Shown piece by piece: positions 59,110 through 64,000 of a DNA stretch of 64,000 nt (the stretch's first letter is position 1; each line of letters opens with the position of its first letter). The translations under genes were made by a program, and so were the position numbers. The DNA is taken from NCBI GenBank assembly GCA_017935095.1, contig JAGBIH010000016.1, forward strand, positions 255-64,254, written 5' to 3'. This DNA is from Ruminococcus sp. GTDB taxonomy: Bacteria > Bacillota > Clostridia > Oscillospirales > Ruminococcaceae. The notes beneath the pieces are model-generated. The model was not told the DNA's origin. It saw only the letters and a program-made list of their open reading frames with translations, and ran no database searches.

Positions 59110-59726
59110 AAATATGCAGAATTTTCGCCGGCGGGGAAATCAAAGATCCCTCCTTTATTAAAATCGGAGCAGAGGATTTTATAATCTGTGCCGACAGAGG
59201 ATACAGTCATGCAAGAGCGCTTGGGATTGTCCCCGATATAATAGTCGGTGATTTTGATTCGTATACTGATAAGCTTCCTGAGAATATAGAAATTCATCGC
59301 AGCATTCCCGAAAAAGACGATACAGATGCAATGCTTGCGGTTAAGCTTGCAATAGAGAACGGTGCAGAGAAAATTGTGCTGTATGGTGCGCTCGGAGGCC
59401 GTTTCGACCACACTGTCGCTAATATTCAGACATTGACTTATATTCATAATCAGGGCTGCGAGGGTATAATAGAGGATTACGATAACATTATAACTGTTCA
59501 GGGTGAAGGGGAGTACTGTTATCCTGTAATGGAAGGATGGTATTTCTCGCTTTTTGCTTTGACTGATAAGCTTCATATCAATCAGCTCAGCGGAGTAAAA
59601 TATCCTCTTTCGGATTACTTACTGACAAGTGGTTTTCCGCTTGGAGTCAGCAATGAAATCACCTCATCAGAGGCAGTATTGAAAATAAAAAGCGGACTTG
59701 CATTGATAGTCCGCTCAAAAATGTAA
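59106..59726 (+). CDS. thiN: Thiamine pyrophosphokinase
   Basis: CADRG, GDFDS, EKDDTD, GGRFDH, GVSNE. Confidence 0.92.
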   Translation: MKICRIFAGGEIKDPSFIKIGAEDFIICADRGYSHARALGIVPDIIVGDFDSYTDKLPENIEIHRSIPEKDDTDAMLAVKLAIENGAEKIVLYGALGGRFDHTVANIQTLTYIHNQGCEGIIEDYDNIITVQGEGEYCYPVMEGWYFSLFALTDKLHINQLSGVKYPLSDYLLTSGFPLGVSNEITSSEAVLKIKSGLALIVRSKM

Positions 59727-59782
59727 TCACAAAATTTTCCTTTCAGAATATAATAAGATATATCTGAAAAGGAGGATTACAT

Positions 59783-59866
59783 ATGAAAGTTGTGGTAATC
59801 AGAAGTCCGAAGCTGCTTTCGGGTATATTAAGAGTTATTTTCAGAATAAAGAAGGAAGAGGAATAA
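59783..59866 (+). CDS. spoVM: Stage V sporulation protein M (27 aa, absent from the ORF track)
   Basis: MKVVVIRSPKLLSGILRVIFRIKKEEE with Pro9 and amphipathic helix, AAGGAGG RBS, directly after thiN as in B. subtilis. Confidence 0.85.
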   Translation: MKVVVIRSPKLLSGILRVIFRIKKEEE

Positions 59867-59920
59867 CACAAAAAAGGCTGCTGTATACAAATTACAGCAG
59901 CCATATTTTTTTCGGATATA

Positions 59921-60088
59921 TCAGATACCGCAGTCCTCATAATCCTTCCATTTTTCAAAGTAGAGCTTATTGCTCCAGCTTTTGAACAGAATGTACATTA
60001 CTGAAGCCATTGCAATAAAAATTGCAGCGAGCACAGGAAGCGTTTCTTTTAAAATTTTACGTGTTGAATAGTTTTCTTTGCTGCTCAT
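59921..60088 (-). CDS. Unannotated 55-aa single-TM protein downstream of pspA
   Basis: AAGGAG RBS, MSSKENYSTRKILKETLPVLAAIFIAMASVMYILFKSWSNKLYFEKWKDYEDCGI. Confidence 0.6.
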   Translation of the reverse strand: MSSKENYSTRKILKETLPVLAAIFIAMASVMYILFKSWSNKLYFEKWKDYEDCGI

Positions 60089-60125
60089 ATAAAAGCTCCT
60101 TTGTAATTATTGGTTTTAGAAAGAC

Positions 60126-60818
60126 TTACTGAGCCTCATCAGCTGCAGCAGCGCCTCCGTTCATTTCAGCCATCAGTCTTGCAAGCTCAGCGTCAACCTT
60201 AGCGTCTGTTTCGATTTTTTCAAAAGAATCCTCAAGTACATCGTCGTTTCCTGCAATTTCAGTAAACGCAGCAGCCTCAGCTTCCTTACGAGCTATTTTT
60301 TCTTCCATTCTGTTAAATTTTTCGAGAGAAGATGAGCCGTCAAATCCGCCTGCGGACTTAGCAAGGTTTTTCTGTGTATCAGCCATCTGTGAACGAGCTA
60401 TAAGCATAGCCTGACGGCTCTTTGCTTCGTCGAGCTTTGCTTTAAGTACCTCTACCTGATTTCCGATAGCTTCTGTCTGGTCAGAGATAGACTCATACAT
60501 TTCCTTATAGCTTGTAACGTCAGCGTCGGCCTTGACCTTTTTAGCGAGAGCCTGCTTTGCAAGCTCCTGATTGCCCTGAGAAAGAGCAGCCTTAGCCTTG
60601 TTTTCCCAGCTCTGAGAAATCTTCTGAGCTTCAAGATACTTCTTTTCTGCAAGACTTTCGCTAGCCTTAGCCTTACCGTAGTTCTGAGTAGCCTTAGTCA
60701 GCTCAGCCTGCATATCCACGATAACCTGCTTGACCATTTTCTCCGGATCTTCAGCTCTGTCGATAAGGTCGTTGACATTTGACTTAAGTAAATCGCTTAA
60801 TCTGCTAAAAATTCCCAT
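60126..60818 (-). CDS. pspA: PspA/IM30 family protein
   Basis: MGIFSRLSD..KSNVN..ID.AEDPEKM, F.RMEEKI...EA. Confidence 0.9.
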   Translation of the reverse strand: MGIFSRLSDLLKSNVNDLIDRAEDPEKMVKQVIVDMQAELTKATQNYGKAKASESLAEKKYLEAQKISQSWENKAKAALSQGNQELAKQALAKKVKADADVTSYKEMYESISDQTEAIGNQVEVLKAKLDEAKSRQAMLIARSQMADTQKNLAKSAGGFDGSSSLEKFNRMEEKIARKEAEAAAFTEIAGNDDVLEDSFEKIETDAKVDAELARLMAEMNGGAAAADEAQ

Positions 60819-61004
60819 TTTCAAATCCTCCTGTTTCATGTAAAAAAATAATCGGTACGACATCGAACCCCTTCTCTGCCGTTGATATTATTATAAATTA
60901 GAAATTACAACTTGTCAAGAATATTTCCGTTATTTCATCAAATTTTCATTATATTTTAATGAATAGATAATTATTAAGAGGTACAGGCTTAGTGCTGTGA
61001 TATA

Positions 61005-61277
61005 TTATCCTTTAACCTCAGCTTCAAGCTCGTTGATATATTTGCTCAGTTCTTCGAGAGAAATTCCCTTGGATTCAAGCGGATCATCCTCGTTGATACG
61101 CAGCAGCTTTTCACGGAGGTCGAGCATTTTCTTTCTGCGTTCATAGGCATCAGCGTTCATAACGATGAGGTCTGATTTTCCGTCCTTACAAAGCTTGAGC
61201 GGTTCAGAGGTGATTTCGCAAAGCTTTACAAACAGGTCATAGTTAGCAGAGAAGTCATCAATTTTTATTGAAATCAT
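61005..61277 (-). CDS. Phd/YefM-like antitoxin-domain protein, no adjacent toxin
   Basis: NY..F.KLC....EP..L.KDGK.DLIVM...YERR..ML.LRE.L pattern. Confidence 0.65.
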   Translation of the reverse strand: MISIKIDDFSANYDLFVKLCEITSEPLKLCKDGKSDLIVMNADAYERRKKMLDLREKLLRINEDDPLESKGISLEELSKYINELEAEVKG

Positions 61278-61387
61278 ATGTAAAAACTCCTTTCAGTAAA
61301 ATAGCGGTTTGTATAATAATATTTTACCTTACTAAAGAGAATTTGTCAATATTTAATGGTAAACTTAATATGATTTTATAAAAATAA

Positions 61388-61541
61388 ACTGCCGCATAAA
61401 GGTGGTATCCTTATAGGAGTTATACACGAATTATTGAGAAAGAACCATTTTAAAAAAGAGGGGAACCTTTCTGAAGAAAGATTCCCCTCGATAAATACGT
61501 ATATATTGCCTATAAGATTACCAATGTTATTATGCGGCAGT
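61388..61541. repeat. Second nested-palindrome element related to 15884-16184
   Basis: 12-bp terminal IR ACTGCCGCATAA/TTATGCGGCAGT, internal GAGGGGAACCTTTC-tgaa-GAAAGATTCCCCTC (61458-61489). Confidence 0.6.
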
Positions 61542-61550
61542 CCGAATAAG

Positions 61551-62672
61551 TCAATCTAATCTGTTTTTATCCTTTTTGAAGAACTGTCCGACGCATTCGC
61601 TTCCGCAAAGTGTTGCAAAAACCACAACGGTACAGATAAGTGCTGCGGCATACAATACTACAATGAGCGCCTTATTTCCGTTATGCTGTGGAATCATAAT
61701 AACGCCCGGGAATATCTGCATGACGCCAAACACCATAAAAATGAACGAACTGAGAGATTTAAAGCTGCCTATGCCTGTAAGCAGGGTAAATGAACAAAGT
61801 CCCACGATAACAGCAATATAAAGAGATGAATTTTCGATGACCTTGCTGATACCGCTCAGACCCTCATTGTAACTGAGGCCGAGCTGACCTGAATAGAGAA
61901 GATAGAAGGCTACGGCAGCAATAATTCCGACAAATGTGAGAATTATTGAAATTCTGAAGCCCTTTGCTGCCATTTCAGCCCTGCGTTCCTCCTTAAGCTC
62001 AAGCATCATGCGAAGGCTTTCCTTGGAATCCTTCTGGTTGGAGGTAAGCTGTGAAGATACAGCCTTTTTAGCTGCTTCACGCTTGGCTTTTTCGAGATCC
62101 TCGTCTACATATTTAGGAACATATTTAGGCGGCTCAGGTTCATCATCAAGAACAGGCGCCTTAATTGGTTCAGCAGGCTTGGGGGGCTCTTCCTTTTTCG
62201 GCAGCGGGATATAGTTATCGTCGTCGAGAACAGGAGCTTTTACTTCCTCGGCAGGAGCTTCTGCGCCGAGCTGTGCACGACGCATATCAAGAACCTTTTT
62301 CTGATTTTCAGCAGGCAGCCTGTTGAAAACTTCAAGCTGATCCGGAGAAAGACCTGCGATAATTTCCTCATCGGAGAGGATTAATTTTTCGGGAATCTCT
62401 GCACTGTATGGTTCATCGTTATCGTCCAGAACCGGAGCAGAAACACCTTGCGGAGCGCCTTTCTTTTCAGGGGCAGGCGTATAGGAATCCATATCGTCCA
62501 GAATCGGGGCAGAAACGCCCTGAGGTCCGCTCTTTTTATCAGATGGAGCTACATATCCGAAGTCATCGAGTACAGGAGCTGAAATACCTTCGGGACCGTC
62601 TTTTTTAGCGGTTGAGGGATTATATTCGATTTCATCAAGCGGTGAGCTTGCAAAGTTTTTTTCGTCGTTCAT
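61551..62672 (-). CDS. Hypothetical membrane protein with repeated AP(V/I)LDD motifs and four C-terminal TMs
   Basis: Translation, GAGGTG RBS. Confidence 0.7.
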   Translation of the reverse strand: MNDEKNFASSPLDEIEYNPSTAKKDGPEGISAPVLDDFGYVAPSDKKSGPQGVSAPILDDMDSYTPAPEKKGAPQGVSAPVLDDNDEPYSAEIPEKLILSDEEIIAGLSPDQLEVFNRLPAENQKKVLDMRRAQLGAEAPAEEVKAPVLDDDNYIPLPKKEEPPKPAEPIKAPVLDDEPEPPKYVPKYVDEDLEKAKREAAKKAVSSQLTSNQKDSKESLRMMLELKEERRAEMAAKGFRISIILTFVGIIAAVAFYLLYSGQLGLSYNEGLSGISKVIENSSLYIAVIVGLCSFTLLTGIGSFKSLSSFIFMVFGVMQIFPGVIMIPQHNGNKALIVVLYAAALICTVVVFATLCGSECVGQFFKKDKNRLD

Positions 62673-62683
62673 AAAATTTCACC

Positions 62684-63874
62684 TCATTTCAGAGAATCGA
62701 GAAATTCTGTCAGAGTAAAGGGGCTTCCTGAGGAAATCTCGGCATAGTATTTAAGCAGATATGAAGCGTCAACAGCATTTACATACTTATCGCCATTTAC
62801 ATTGGCAGCTCTTAATTCTGCGGCAGTAAAGCTGCTTGTACCGGTTGCAGAGGTCTCTGCATAGGAATAGAGTGTACGTGATGCATCAATAGCATTGATA
62901 AAGCCGTCGCTGTTCACATCGCCGAGAGTGTAGCCCTTAGCAGGATTTGCCGGATTATAGGCAGTTTCATTGATTTTATACTGCTTATTGAACTCGTCCG
63001 ACGTATAATCGGGATAAAGAGCATAGCTCTGAGGATTGCCTGTACCTGTTATATGGGTATGGGTAGAATCTGCATCATCAAAATCACTTGTACCTTTAAG
63101 CAGGTATGGTGTCATAGATAAGGAGCTGTATGCAGAGTCATAGGTTGCGTCAATGAGATAGTACAAACCGTCAATCTCAGCGATATTCCACGCATGATTG
63201 ACGTTGTTTGAGGTGCCTTCAATAACACGGCTGTATATACCAGCTTCAGTAAGCATTCTGTAGAGCAGCTGTGCATAGCCCTGACAGACAGCCTTGCCCT
63301 TGACGAGGGCTCCATAGGCAGAGAAAATGGTCATATCGTCCATATTATCGGCGTAGGAAACATTATTGGTGATATATCTGTGGATAGCGCATATTTTTTC
63401 ATAATCGCTTTTGCCGTCAAGGTTAAGTGAGTCCATAACCTCTTCGAGCTTTTCATTCAGAGCGGCTTCCTGTTCAGCATTTGTGAAATAAGTGAAAGTA
63501 TATTTCAGTGTAATGCTGCGTCCGCCTGACGAATAGCCGTAACCGCAGCCGTATATACCCAGACGGATATAGTCGCCGTCGTCACCGATACGTGTTTCGG
63601 CGAGGATTTTAGTCATGATTTCGTCAAACACATCGGTTATAGGCTCAGAGGTTGCCGGTATGGAAAATGTTACGTCAGAGACTCTGTTTTTGATTTGCTG
63701 CTTGACGTAAGCGGCAGCCTCATCTGTAGTAGAAAAGTAGTTGCGGCTGCTGAGGTGAGCATACTCCGTAATAGAAATATCCATTGAAGGGGCAGCATAA
63801 ACAGAAGCCGGAGCTGCACCGGCAGTAAGAGTCAGTGCAGCGAGAATGGCAATAATATTTTTAAATAATTTCAT
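62684..63874 (-). CDS. Transglutaminase-like (Cys-His-Asp) protein with symmetric dockerin
   Basis: AVCQGYA, HAWN, IDATYD, then GDVNSDGFINAIDAS / NVNGDKYVNAVDAS. Confidence 0.85.
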   Translation of the reverse strand: MKLFKNIIAILAALTLTAGAAPASVYAAPSMDISITEYAHLSSRNYFSTTDEAAAYVKQQIKNRVSDVTFSIPATSEPITDVFDEIMTKILAETRIGDDGDYIRLGIYGCGYGYSSGGRSITLKYTFTYFTNAEQEAALNEKLEEVMDSLNLDGKSDYEKICAIHRYITNNVSYADNMDDMTIFSAYGALVKGKAVCQGYAQLLYRMLTEAGIYSRVIEGTSNNVNHAWNIAEIDGLYYLIDATYDSAYSSLSMTPYLLKGTSDFDDADSTHTHITGTGNPQSYALYPDYTSDEFNKQYKINETAYNPANPAKGYTLGDVNSDGFINAIDASRTLYSYAETSATGTSSFTAAELRAANVNGDKYVNAVDASYLLKYYAEISSGSPFTLTEFLDSLK

Positions 63875-63876
63875 AA

Positions 63877-64000
63877 TTATCTTTCAAGAACCTGAGCTCT
63901 GTCGGGACCGATGCCAACCATGCTTACGTGGCAGCCGACAAGCTCCTCAAGGCGAGCGATATATGTTTTGCAGTTATCGGGAAGCTCATCAAAGCTCTTA
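63877..64000 (-). CDS. purA: Adenylosuccinate synthetase, 3' end (partial)
   Basis: KSFDELPDNCKTYIARLEELVGCHVSMVGIGPDRAQVLER*. Confidence 0.8.
   Translation of the reverse strand, partial: KSFDELPDNCKTYIARLEELVGCHVSMVGIGPDRAQVLER

Noticed and set aside
48013-59726. coaBC and rpe missing from the gmk-rsgA cluster relative to B. subtilis
   Set aside because: Gene-order variation is common in clostridia, and absence cannot be judged from one window.
59743-59958. 71-aa minus-strand ORF in the track
   Set aside because: Antisense shadow of spoVM and its terminator.

Overview
Chromosomal window of a cellulosome-producing Ruminococcus-like Firmicute (Cel48, GH26 and a transglutaminase-like protein, all with dockerins). 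Positions 1 to ~8.72 kb are the right end of a degenerate integrative element. It carries an XRE/DUF5680 gene, a tandemly duplicated promoter-leader-terminator unit with LexA-like boxes, HTH and RHH genes, and a ~600-nt array of + strand hairpins split by an IS1182-family element. It ends in a large serine recombinase whose ORF runs through the inferred attachment site in frame into the 3' ~150 codons of the forespore regulator gene spoVT. The element therefore appears to interrupt spoVT, like a skin element but in a forespore gene. The rest is mostly core genome: thrH, mannose/mannan genes, an ECF sigma pair, an orphan phage-type lysis cassette, tex, ireB, pdaA, spoIIID, a PhoPR-like pair, uvrC, T-box(Trp)-trpB2, a Gld-like ABC operon, cel48, the yicC-remA-gmk-rpoZ-priA-def-fmt-rsmB-rlmN-stp-pknB-rsgA-thiN-spoVM cluster, pspA and the 3' end of purA. 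All family calls come from motif recognition by eye, with no database searches.
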